64,000 bases of DNA from positions 1,408-65,407 of the forward strand of contig DULU01000091.1 in assembly GCA_012840225.1 (NCBI GenBank), written 5' to 3'. The position numbers and the translations under genes were made by a program. The notes beneath the pieces were generated by a model, which saw only the letters and a list, made by a program, of their open reading frames with translations, was not told the origin of the DNA and did no database searches. Below, piece after piece: positions 28,110 through 36,492 of the stretch (its first letter is position 1; every line of letters starts with the position of its first letter). Source of the stretch: Bacillota bacterium. GTDB lineage: Bacteria; Bacillota; Limnochordia; DTU080.

Positions 28110-29960
28110 CTAAAACATCATGGCTTCGATGAAGCGCTCCTGGAAGGCGGCATGGGTGTTAAGCTCCAGGTGTTCGGCGGTGGCTGCCAGGTGGTCCATC
28201 TCCGCCATGGCCTCCGGCGATACCAAAGCCATGATCGATCCGGCACCGGCGGCATTGCCGATGGAGCGGATGCGATGCAGGGGTACCGGGGGCAAAAGCC
28301 CCATGGTGACGGCGCTTTTGGCCCTGATAAAGGTGCCGAAGCCGCCGGCGAGCAAGATCTCATCCAGGTCGGTGGGCGAAAGGCCCAACTCCTGACAGGC
28401 AATCTCGATGGCGGCGCGGATCGCTCCTTTAGCCAGCTGTACATCCCGGATATCTTTCTGGCTTAAATCGACGGGCGGCTGGTTGCCCGGCTCGCCCTCA
28501 TGCAGGCGGAAGACCGGTCCGGTGGCCGTTTCCAGGAGACGGTCCGCCAGTGGCGCCGCCGCCGGGGATTTTTGCGCTTCGGCAGCGGAAAGCAGTCGGC
28601 CGCCGCCGTCTATTATCCCTGCCTCCACCAGCCCGGCCACCGTATCGACCAGACCTGAGCCGCAGATGCCGCGGGGGACGGTGTGGCCGCCGATGATGGT
28701 CAGTTCCAGCCCGGCCGGGGTGAAGAGGACGGCGCTGATCGCTCCGGCTTCGGCTCGCATGCCGCAGGTCAGGTGCACACCTTCGAAAGCCGGTCCGGCC
28801 GCGGCCGAGCAGGCCAGAAGTTTCCCCCGGGCCGAGAGGAGAATTTCTCCGTTCGTGCCCAAATCGATCAGCAATCTGGGACGGTCGTCACGCCGGAGCC
28901 TTCCGGCCACGGCGGCGGCTACGGCATCTGCTCCCAAAAAGCCGCCGATGATCGGTCCCGTCCAAAACCTGGCATGGGGGAAGCCGGTGATACCGATTTC
29001 CTGGGCCCAGCCCACTGTGGCCTGGTGGAATATGGGCATATATGGCGAGAGTCCCAGCGAGGTCGGGGGCACGCCCAGCAGCAAATGGATCATGCAGGTG
29101 TTCCCTACGGCCGTGAAGGCGATCACTTTCTCCTTGGGGAGGCCGCGGCGCTCGGCAAGGCGGCGAGCCATGGCGGAGAGGGCGCCGGTGATCTCCTCAT
29201 GCAGCTCTTGCAGGCCGACTGGTGCGCCGGCATGGGCGATGCGGGACATGAGGTCGGCGCCGTGAATCTCCTGAGGGTTGCCCAGCGGTTCAGCCTCGAC
29301 CACCTGGCCGCTTTGCAGGTCGACCAGGTAGCCGACCAAGGTGGTGGTGCCGATGTCGAAAGCGATGCCGTAGAGGGTATCGTCGTCTTTCAGTGCCGGG
29401 GTTAAGGCTGCCAATTGGCCGGCCCAGGCCACGGCCGTCAGAGAGGTTTTATCATATAGGGCGCCGAGCCGGCGCAAAAGCGGCAGAGCCGCGGCAGACA
29501 AAGCCGGCGGCACTTGGGCGGAGAGTTGCTCCCATCTGGAACGCACCGCCGCCGCATCGTCGTTTTTCACCTTATGCATGGCCAGGGTCTGGGCTTTCTC
29601 GGCGAGTGCGGCTTTTTCCGCATGAGCCGTTCCCGCATCCGCAGCTTTTTCCGGGGTATATCCTTCCACCAGGACGGTGAGGGTGCCGGAAGGCGGGGCA
29701 TCGGCGACGGCGACTTCTCCACCGGTACTTTTCACCTGGCACAATAGGCGCACCCCAGCCGCCAGTTCGGCAGGAGAGAGCTTTTTCATCTCCTGGGGAG
29801 TAGGAGGGGAGATGGCTCCCGAGACTGTAGCCCGGCATTTGCCGCAAGTACCCCGCCCGCCGCAGGGGAGGGCCACTGACCGACCGGCGGCGCTCAAGGC
29901 GGCGACCAGAGGCGTACCGACAGGGAGATCCAGGATGATAACATCGTCTTTTGTCGTCAT
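28110..29960 (-). CDS. 2Fe-2S ferredoxin + ASKHA (DUF4445) protein, RACo-like corrinoid reductive activase family
   Basis: N-terminal C-x5-C-x2-C...C motif (PCGGRGTCGKCRATV...LLCQ), then ASKHA-type segments (IAFDIGTTTLVGY, LLIDLGTNGEI, GICGSG, LLAGGFG). The start is uncertain: ATG 29960 (MTTKDDVIIL) is preferred over the longest ORF, which starts at 30035. Confidence 0.75.
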   Translation of the reverse strand: MTTKDDVIILDLPVGTPLVAALSAAGRSVALPCGGRGTCGKCRATVSGAISPPTPQEMKKLSPAELAAGVRLLCQVKSTGGEVAVADAPPSGTLTVLVEGYTPEKAADAGTAHAEKAALAEKAQTLAMHKVKNDDAAAVRSRWEQLSAQVPPALSAAALPLLRRLGALYDKTSLTAVAWAGQLAALTPALKDDDTLYGIAFDIGTTTLVGYLVDLQSGQVVEAEPLGNPQEIHGADLMSRIAHAGAPVGLQELHEEITGALSAMARRLAERRGLPKEKVIAFTAVGNTCMIHLLLGVPPTSLGLSPYMPIFHQATVGWAQEIGITGFPHARFWTGPIIGGFLGADAVAAAVAGRLRRDDRPRLLIDLGTNGEILLSARGKLLACSAAAGPAFEGVHLTCGMRAEAGAISAVLFTPAGLELTIIGGHTVPRGICGSGLVDTVAGLVEAGIIDGGGRLLSAAEAQKSPAAAPLADRLLETATGPVFRLHEGEPGNQPPVDLSQKDIRDVQLAKGAIRAAIEIACQELGLSPTDLDEILLAGGFGTFIRAKSAVTMGLLPPVPLHRIRSIGNAAGAGSIMALVSPEAMAEMDHLAATAEHLELNTHAAFQERFIEAMMF

Positions 29961-30170
29961 GGCTGATGAAATGCTCCCATCCATATGCATATATTTTTGG
30001 ATTATTCGTGACCAATGGGCAGGCACCTGCCGCAAAATACAGGAGGTATTACCCGGCGTATGCCGAATAACTGCGCATAACTGCCCGGGGTTGCCGGTTT
30101 ACATAAAGTTAAAGGTCGCGGCTAATTATTAAAGTTGATGCAGAGACAGTAAAGAGGCCAGAGGTGGGAC

Positions 30171-30740
30171 ATGCTTAGTCCGGTGCGGATGCAGGCATCC
30201 GACTTTAATTTTTGGACAGTGGTAGGCAAAACCGCTGTAATTCATACTATAACCTATTTTATCATGGGCGTGGCAGCCTACAACCTGTTCGATTACGCCG
30301 CCTTGTTGAGCAGTCCGACCATGAGCTGTTTTATGAGACCGGCCACTGATCCGGTGCTGGGCCTGGCTCCGGTGTTCCAGCCGGTGAGGGGCATCCTTTT
30401 CGGCTGCGTGTTTTACCTGTTGCGCGAGGTGTTTTTCCGGAAACCGGGCGGTTGGCTGTCCATGTGGATCATGCTGGTGTTTCTGGGCATGTTATCCACC
30501 TTTGCCCCGGCGCCGGGATCGGTGGAAGGCCTGATCTACACCACCTTTACATTCTCCGAGCACTGGGGCGGCTTTCTGGAAATTATGGCGCAGTCCCTGC
30601 TTTTGGCCGTCCTGACCGTCTATTGGGTGAAGCGTCCCGGAAGAAAGTGGCTCTCCAGGACGCTCCTTCTCTTGTTCGTGATAGTTTTGCTTTTGCCTAT
30701 TGCCGGATTATTGGCCGCTCTGGCTTCCGGCTCGCATTAA
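30171..30740 (+). CDS. hypothetical integral membrane protein
   Basis: 189 aa with about 5 hydrophobic helices and no recognisable motif. Confidence 0.55.
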   Translation: MLSPVRMQASDFNFWTVVGKTAVIHTITYFIMGVAAYNLFDYAALLSSPTMSCFMRPATDPVLGLAPVFQPVRGILFGCVFYLLREVFFRKPGGWLSMWIMLVFLGMLSTFAPAPGSVEGLIYTTFTFSEHWGGFLEIMAQSLLLAVLTVYWVKRPGRKWLSRTLLLLFVIVLLLPIAGLLAALASGSH

Positions 30741-30979
30741 TGCCGTCCGGCCGCCTGGGTGGCTTCCATTATCTTTTGAGCTACTTCATCGGCTAAATCC
30801 AGCGGCAGAGCGATGCCCTTGCCGGGGGCCAGCTCGCCGCTTTTGTTCAGGTAAAAGTGGCGCACATCTACATAGCGGCGATTGCTCTTGCTCACCAACT
30901 TAACGGCAATAACCTCGCCTTTGTCGTTTTTCTGTATCTCGGCTATTGGTTTTTCACTATCCCAAAATGTTTCGGCCAT
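30737..30979 (-). CDS. PC4/YdbC-family ssDNA-binding protein (transcriptional coactivator p15-like)
   Basis: RRYVDVRHFYLNKSGELAPGKGIALPLD resembles the PC4 core (YVSVRDF...PGRKGISL). RBS GGAGG lies 6 nt before the ATG. Confidence 0.7.
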   Translation of the reverse strand: MAETFWDSEKPIAEIQKNDKGEVIAVKLVSKSNRRYVDVRHFYLNKSGELAPGKGIALPLDLADEVAQKIMEATQAAGRH

Positions 30980-31119
30980 ATGCCACCTCCGCTAGTCCAT
31001 TGTGCTCGGCTGCATGGGTTATTATGAGCAGGCAGAGAATCACCGCCATGGTTAATCTATCAGGATTGACCAACTCAGGCAATAGATTTATTCCGGGGAA
31101 TAGATATGTTTCCGGGTGC

Positions 31120-31980
31120 CTATCCTATGGGCACCTGGGTTGGCCGGCGTGTGGAGAACCTGGTCACGGTGGTGTAGCCGGCCTGTACAGCCCAGACGCT
31201 CGCCCGGTCGATATCCATCCCGGCTTCATGAGACTGATGAGCGTCGGAGCCGAAAGCGATCGGGACCCCGGCCCGGCAGAAGGCCTGCAGCAGCTGCTGG
31301 TCGGGGTAAATCTCGCCCACCGGTTTGCGCAGACCGGCGCTGTTCACCTCTATCGCCACTTTGGCTTTGGCCGCCGCCTCGGCCGCCATGGCGGTGAGCT
31401 CCTGCCACAAGGAGGAGGAAGGCCGGTGATTGAATTTCTTCGGCAGGTCGGGATGGGTCATGATGTCGAATAATCCGCTGGCGCAAGCATTGGCCCAGGT
31501 CTGGAAATACTCCAGAAATATGCGGTTGGCACCTCTTTCGTTCCAGGTAGCTTCGTCTTCGATGTCTACAGCCCATTTGCCGACGAAGTGCACCGAGCCG
31601 AGGAGGTAATCGAAGGTCGTGCCGGCTAAGATGGAGGCCAACCGTTCGCTTTGCCCTTCGATATAGTCCACCTCCAGTCCGGCTTTGACCGGCCGGCCGG
31701 AGGCTTTTACCCGCTCCAGGAAATCGATATATTGCGGCAGGTGGTCCCTGAAGGCCGGGCGCAAAAAATTTTGCACTACCGGGTAGGCACCGGGCTCTTC
31801 GGTCAAGAAGAAAAGAAGAGGCTTGAATTCCCTGAAGCGATGGCAGTGTTCGCTGATGCCAATTTCCGTGATGCCGCGCTGCCGGGCCTGAGCCAGATAT
31901 TGGTCCAGATTGGCCAGGTCATAAGTGAAGGGGGTATAATCGAAGTCGCTTTGCAGGTGCATGTGATAATCCAAAAGCAT
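31120..31980 (-). CDS. hisJ: histidinol-phosphatase, PHP/HisJ family
   Basis: MLLDYHMHLQ..., GISEHC, GSVHF and AFGSDAH are PHP metal-binding motifs. RBS GGAGG lies 6 nt before the ATG. Confidence 0.8.
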   Translation of the reverse strand: MLLDYHMHLQSDFDYTPFTYDLANLDQYLAQARQRGITEIGISEHCHRFREFKPLLFFLTEEPGAYPVVQNFLRPAFRDHLPQYIDFLERVKASGRPVKAGLEVDYIEGQSERLASILAGTTFDYLLGSVHFVGKWAVDIEDEATWNERGANRIFLEYFQTWANACASGLFDIMTHPDLPKKFNHRPSSSLWQELTAMAAEAAAKAKVAIEVNSAGLRKPVGEIYPDQQLLQAFCRAGVPIAFGSDAHQSHEAGMDIDRASVWAVQAGYTTVTRFSTRRPTQVPIG

Positions 31981-32085
31981 GAAGGACCTCCGGTCTGCGG
32001 AATCAAAACACTTTCGCCGAGTTTCCTCTTTTAGGGGAAGATTCCTGCCTGCGGAGTATATGATTTATGAAAAGGATGATAATGG

Positions 32086-32283
32086 ATGCGCAAGGAAAAA
32101 AAGCAGCTCCCCGATGGTAGATACCTGCTCCTTTATTCTTTCCCGCGCTATGGCTGCGATGCCGCGGCCGCCGCTGCGGGCGCGGGCGGCTCTGATCGGG
32201 CCGAGAAGGACGGGAACGAAAACGATAATAACAATAAAAAAGAGATTGATACAGAAAAACAGCAACCGGGAAGTGAAAACTGA
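32086..32283 (+). other. 65-codon ORF resembling the N-terminal extension of long-form GalT, in a different frame from galT (possible frameshifted 5' part)
   Basis: MRKEKKQLPDGRYLLLYSF resembles the (K/R)LADGRELIYF opening of long GalT proteins. It then runs into Ala-rich and AT-rich low-complexity sequence. Its stop TGA 32281-32283 overlaps the galT ATG at 32283. It has its own plausible RBS (AAAGGA, 9 nt). Confidence 0.35.
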
Positions 32284-33317
32284 TGTCCGAATTACGCTGG
32301 CACCCGCTTTTAGGTCAATGGGTGATCAACGCCACGCACAGGCAGAATCGCACGTATAAGCCGCCGGCCGATCAATGTCCGCTTTGCCCTACGCCGTCGG
32401 GCACGCCGCCGGAAGCGGTCACCGAGATTCCGGTGCCCGATTTTGAAATCGCCGTTTTCCAGAACCGTTTTCCTTCGCTGCAACCGGCACCGCCGGCGCC
32501 CGATGTGGAAGGGACGGCTTTCTACCCGGTACGACCGGCTTCAGGCGTGTGCGAGGTGGTGGTTTATACGGCCGATCACCAGGGCGATCTGGGCACGGTC
32601 GGCCTTGACCGGGTGAGGAACCTGGTGGAGGTGTGGGCCGATCGTTACCGGGAGCTCTCCGCCCTGCCATATGTGGAATATGTCTTCATCTTTGAAAACA
32701 GGGGCGAAGCGGTAGGGGTGACGCTGCACCATCCGCATGGGCAAATCTATGCCTATCCCTTCCTGCCCCCGCTGATGGAGAAAGAGCTGGAGCAGTGCAC
32801 TAAGCATTGGCAGGACACCGGCCGCTGCCTGGGCTGCGACATCCTGACGATGGAAAAGGAGGGCGGACGGGTTCTCCATAGCGACGGCTCCTTCCTCACC
32901 TTTGTGCCTTTCTTTGCCCGGTTTCCTTTCGAGACGCATATTTGGCCCCTCCGGCACGTTGCCTACCTGCCTGAGCTGACCGACGGGGAGCGCTGGTCGC
33001 TTGCCCGGGCCCTGCAGCAGTTGGTGCAGACTTATGACCGCCTCTTTGCCAAGCCGATGCCCTATATGATGGCCATGCATCAACGGCCCGCCAAGCGGGA
33101 AGAGGTCGGCGGGCTATATCATATGCATATCGAATTCCTGCCCTTGGCCAGGACGGCTACCAAGCTGAAATACCTGGCCGGAAGCGAATCCGGCGCGGGG
33201 GCTTTCATCACCGATATGTCGCCGGAATTTCAGGCGGAGAACCTGCGGGCGGCGGCTGCGGGAACTCCGGCGGCTGCCGCCTCCGCCACCGCTGCCGGCT
33301 CCGGCGTGAGCCGCTAG
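32283..33317 (+). CDS. galT: galactose-1-phosphate uridylyltransferase (type 1, HIT superfamily)
   Basis: ELRWHPLLGQWVINATHRQNRTY, DQCPLCP, VFQNRFPSL and HPHGQIYAYPF (the HxHxQ active site). Confidence 0.9.
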   Translation: MSELRWHPLLGQWVINATHRQNRTYKPPADQCPLCPTPSGTPPEAVTEIPVPDFEIAVFQNRFPSLQPAPPAPDVEGTAFYPVRPASGVCEVVVYTADHQGDLGTVGLDRVRNLVEVWADRYRELSALPYVEYVFIFENRGEAVGVTLHHPHGQIYAYPFLPPLMEKELEQCTKHWQDTGRCLGCDILTMEKEGGRVLHSDGSFLTFVPFFARFPFETHIWPLRHVAYLPELTDGERWSLARALQQLVQTYDRLFAKPMPYMMAMHQRPAKREEVGGLYHMHIEFLPLARTATKLKYLAGSESGAGAFITDMSPEFQAENLRAAAAGTPAAAASATAAGSGVSR

Positions 33318-33350
33318 TTCTGCCGGGGAGAAGAAGAGGAGGAACGCTCT

Positions 33351-34610
33351 TTGGACCAAGTGGTCAATGATATAAACGCTATTAATGAGGTGGAAAAACA
33401 GTTGCTGAAGGATAGGTTGAGCCGTCTGGTGGCTGGCTTCCAAGCCCGCCTGGGCCCCAGGTCGCCCGGAGAGTTATTTGCGGCCAGGGCTCCAGGCCGG
33501 GTGAACCTGATCGGGGAGCATACCGACTATAACGACGGCTGGGTGCTGCCCATCGCCATCACCAGGGATGTGCTGATGGTGGGAGCGGCCCGTGACGATG
33601 AGCGGGTGCGCCTTTATGCCATGGATCTGGCCGACGAGGTGGCTTTCGACCTGGCCGAGAACGCCTTTGATGACCGCCACACCTGGAGCAATTATATCCG
33701 TGGCGTGATCGACGTCCTGCAGCGCCGGGGCTTCACTCTCCGGGGAATGGACATAGCCTTTACCGGCAATGTGCCCAGGGGCGGCGGTCTGAGCTCTTCG
33801 GCCGCCCTGGAAGTGGCGGCGGTGATGCTGCTCAAGGCCTTGTGCGGGCTGGAGATACCGCCGCTTGAGGATATCAAAATGGCTCAGCAGGCGGAGAACG
33901 AATTCGTCGGCGTGCGCTGCGGCATCATGGATCAGTTCATCTCCCGCCTGGGTCGCCGCCATCATGCTCTCTTGATAGATTGCCGCACCCTGGAATATCG
34001 GCAGATCCCCTGGCCGGCGGACGATGTGCAACTCTTGGTGGTAGATACCAAAGTGGAGCGGGGACTCGCCGGCTCGGCCTATAATCAGCGCCGCCTGGAA
34101 TGCGAAACCGGAGCCAGGATACTGGCTGAGAAGCTGCCCCATGTTAAAGCATTGAGAGATGTGACGGAAGAGCAATTTGCCGCCCAGGCCGCGCTCCTCG
34201 ATGAAGTGGTGCGGCGCAGATGTGCTCATGTGGTGGGGGAAAACAGCCGCACCCTGGCCGCCGCCAAAGCCTTGGCGGCCGGCGATTATGCCAAACTGGG
34301 GCGGCTGATGATCGCCTCCCATGAGAGCCTGAGGGATTTATACGAAGTATCCTGCCGGGAACTCGACGCCGTGGTGGAGATCGCTCTGGCCACCGAGGGT
34401 GTGTATGGCGCCAGGATGACCGGCGGAGGTTTCGGCGGCTGCGCCATAGCTTTGGTGGCCGCCGGAGCCTTGTCGCGGCTCGCTGCTAATCTGCGCAGGG
34501 AATATCCAAAGGTGGCCGGGCACCTGCCCGGGCTTTTGCCGACAATCGCCGGGGACGGCGCCGCCGTGCGGCCGCTCGCCGCCTGGCAGGAAGAGGTGAT
34601 GGGCCAGTGA
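33351..34610 (+). CDS. galK: galactokinase
   Basis: APGRVNLIGEHTDYNDG (galactokinase signature) and the GHMP motif GGGLSSSAALEVA. RBS GGAGG lies 8 nt before the TTG. Confidence 0.92.
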   Translation: MDQVVNDINAINEVEKQLLKDRLSRLVAGFQARLGPRSPGELFAARAPGRVNLIGEHTDYNDGWVLPIAITRDVLMVGAARDDERVRLYAMDLADEVAFDLAENAFDDRHTWSNYIRGVIDVLQRRGFTLRGMDIAFTGNVPRGGGLSSSAALEVAAVMLLKALCGLEIPPLEDIKMAQQAENEFVGVRCGIMDQFISRLGRRHHALLIDCRTLEYRQIPWPADDVQLLVVDTKVERGLAGSAYNQRRLECETGARILAEKLPHVKALRDVTEEQFAAQAALLDEVVRRRCAHVVGENSRTLAAAKALAAGDYAKLGRLMIASHESLRDLYEVSCRELDAVVEIALATEGVYGARMTGGGFGGCAIALVAAGALSRLAANLRREYPKVAGHLPGLLPTIAGDGAAVRPLAAWQEEVMGQ

Positions 34611-35602
34611 AAGTGCTGGTAACAGGAGGAGCAGGTTATGTAGGCTCCCATGTGGTGCGGGAGATGGTGGCTTTGGGGCACCGGCCGCTCGTGGTCGACA
34701 ACCTGAGCAAAGGGCACCGGCAGGCTTTGCCGGAGACCGTGGAACTGGTGGAGGCCGATCTGGCCGACGGCGACAAAATGAGGGCGGTGTTTTCCGCCTT
34801 CCAACCTGAAGCCGTGATGCATTTCGCCGGTTCGACCCAGGTGGCCGAGTCCACCACCAAGCCGGGACTCTATTTTCAGAACAATTTTGCCAACGGCATC
34901 CGCCTCCTGGACCTCATGGTGGAGTGCGGGGTGAAGATGATCGTCTTTTCCTCCACCGCCGCCGTTTACGGCGAACCGCAGGAGACCCCCATTCCGGAGG
35001 AGCATCCCACCAACCCCGTAAATCCATATGGTGAATCCAAGCTGTTTTTTGAGAAAGCGCTGGCCCGCTATGAGGCGGCATACGGCCTGCGTTATGCGGC
35101 GCTGCGCTACTTCAACGCCGCCGGCGCCCATCCGTCCGGGGAAATCGGCGAGGATCACGATCCGGAAAGCCATCTGATTCCCATCGTCATACAGGCGGCG
35201 CTGGGCCGACGCCCGGCCGTTACCATATACGGCACGGATTATCCCACTTTCGACGGCACCTGTGTGCGCGACTATGTCCATGTCTGCGATCTCGCCGCTG
35301 CCCACCTCTTGGTGCTGGAGGATCTGGCCGGTGGGGGCGAATCCGCCGTCTATAATCTGGGCAACGGCCGGGGCTTCTCCGTCAGGGAAGTGGTGGAAGC
35401 CGTCAAAGAAGTGGTGGGCTGGGATTTCCCCGTGAAAGAGGGAGAAAGGCGGGCCGGCGATCCGGCCGTGCTGGTGGCCGGCGCGAAAAAAATCCGGCAG
35501 AAGCTGGGCTGGGAGCCCCGCTATCCTGACTTGCGGGAGATCATCGAAACCGCCTGGCGCTGGCACAGCCGGCATCCGGCGGGGTTTGGCGGCGGGCAAT
35601 AA
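34607..35602 (+). CDS. galE: UDP-glucose 4-epimerase
   Basis: MKVLVTGGAGYVGSH (Rossmann fold) and YGESK (YxxxK). The GTG overlaps the galK stop (GTGA). Confidence 0.95.
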   Translation: MKVLVTGGAGYVGSHVVREMVALGHRPLVVDNLSKGHRQALPETVELVEADLADGDKMRAVFSAFQPEAVMHFAGSTQVAESTTKPGLYFQNNFANGIRLLDLMVECGVKMIVFSSTAAVYGEPQETPIPEEHPTNPVNPYGESKLFFEKALARYEAAYGLRYAALRYFNAAGAHPSGEIGEDHDPESHLIPIVIQAALGRRPAVTIYGTDYPTFDGTCVRDYVHVCDLAAAHLLVLEDLAGGGESAVYNLGNGRGFSVREVVEAVKEVVGWDFPVKEGERRAGDPAVLVAGAKKIRQKLGWEPRYPDLREIIETAWRWHSRHPAGFGGGQ

Positions 35603-35625
35603 TATTTGGGGAGGAATATGGAAAG

Positions 35626-36477
35626 ATGTGGACACTGAGCGGATTCGCCGACGAGATCGCCCCTGAGCTGGAAGTGCAGCTCGATAACTTGGAAGCGGAA
35701 GGTATCCGCTATCTGGAGCTGAGGGGGGTGTGGGGCAAAAAGGTGCTCGATCTTAGCGATGCCGATCTGGAACGCCTCCGGAGCGCTCTGGACGGGCGGG
35801 GCATGGGGGTGTCGGCCATCGGCTCGCCCATCGGCAAGATCAAGATCACCGATCCCTTCCCTCCGCACCTGGAAGCTTTCCGGCGGGCCCTGGAGTTGGC
35901 CCGCTATCTCCGGGCCCCCTTTATCAGGATATTCTCTTTTTATGTACCGGAAGGGGAAGCCGAGCGCTATCGCGCCGAGGTGATGGCGCGCCTCAGGGAG
36001 CTCGTGGCTATAGCCGGTGAGAGCGGCGTCGCCTTGGTGCATGAAAACGAGAAGCACATCTATGGGGATATCCCCGCCCGCTGTCTAGATATTGTCCAAA
36101 CCGTGGGCGCCGGTGCCGATCCCGCCTCCGGTTCCGCCTCCGGTCTGCGGCTGGTATGGGATCCGGCGAACTTCGTGCAGTGCGGTGTGCGTCCCCACAC
36201 GGAGGGCTATGATCTCCTTCGGCCATATATTGCCTATGTCCACGTCAAAGATGCCCTCTTAGAGAGCGGGCGGGTTACCCCGGCCGGTCTGGGCGACGGG
36301 GAAGTGAGCCGCACCATTGCCGCCCTGCGCGACTCCGGATTCTCGGGCTTCTTTTCCATTGAGCCTCATCTCAAGGCGGAAGGTGATCTGGCCGGGCTCA
36401 GCAAGCCGGAACTCTTCAGGAAAGCCGCTCAAGCCTTCAAGCGCCTTCTAATGGAAAATGGCGTGGCGTGGCAGTGA
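35626..36477 (+). CDS. sugar phosphate isomerase/epimerase (xylose-isomerase-like TIM barrel)
   Basis: 283 aa with AP_endonuc_2-like segments (YLELRGVWGK, ALVHENE, SIEPH). Confidence 0.75.
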   Translation: MWTLSGFADEIAPELEVQLDNLEAEGIRYLELRGVWGKKVLDLSDADLERLRSALDGRGMGVSAIGSPIGKIKITDPFPPHLEAFRRALELARYLRAPFIRIFSFYVPEGEAERYRAEVMARLRELVAIAGESGVALVHENEKHIYGDIPARCLDIVQTVGAGADPASGSASGLRLVWDPANFVQCGVRPHTEGYDLLRPYIAYVHVKDALLESGRVTPAGLGDGEVSRTIAALRDSGFSGFFSIEPHLKAEGDLAGLSKPELFRKAAQAFKRLLMENGVAWQ

Positions 36478-36492
36478 GGCCGACGAAAGGGG

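Noticed and set aside
32277-32283. Programmed -1 ribosomal frameshift joining the small upstream ORF to galT
   Set aside because: The only window in which a single shift could join the frames (GAA AAC TGA) has no X XXY YYZ slippery heptamer. I saw no obvious downstream stimulatory structure. A mutation, an indel or a separate ORF is more parsimonious.
31979-32359. 126-codon ORF in the third frame, spanning the hisJ-galT spacer and the galT start
   Set aside because: It overlaps the hisJ start codon region and the galT core. It has no motif and an Arg/Ser/Lys-rich composition, so it is likely fortuitous.
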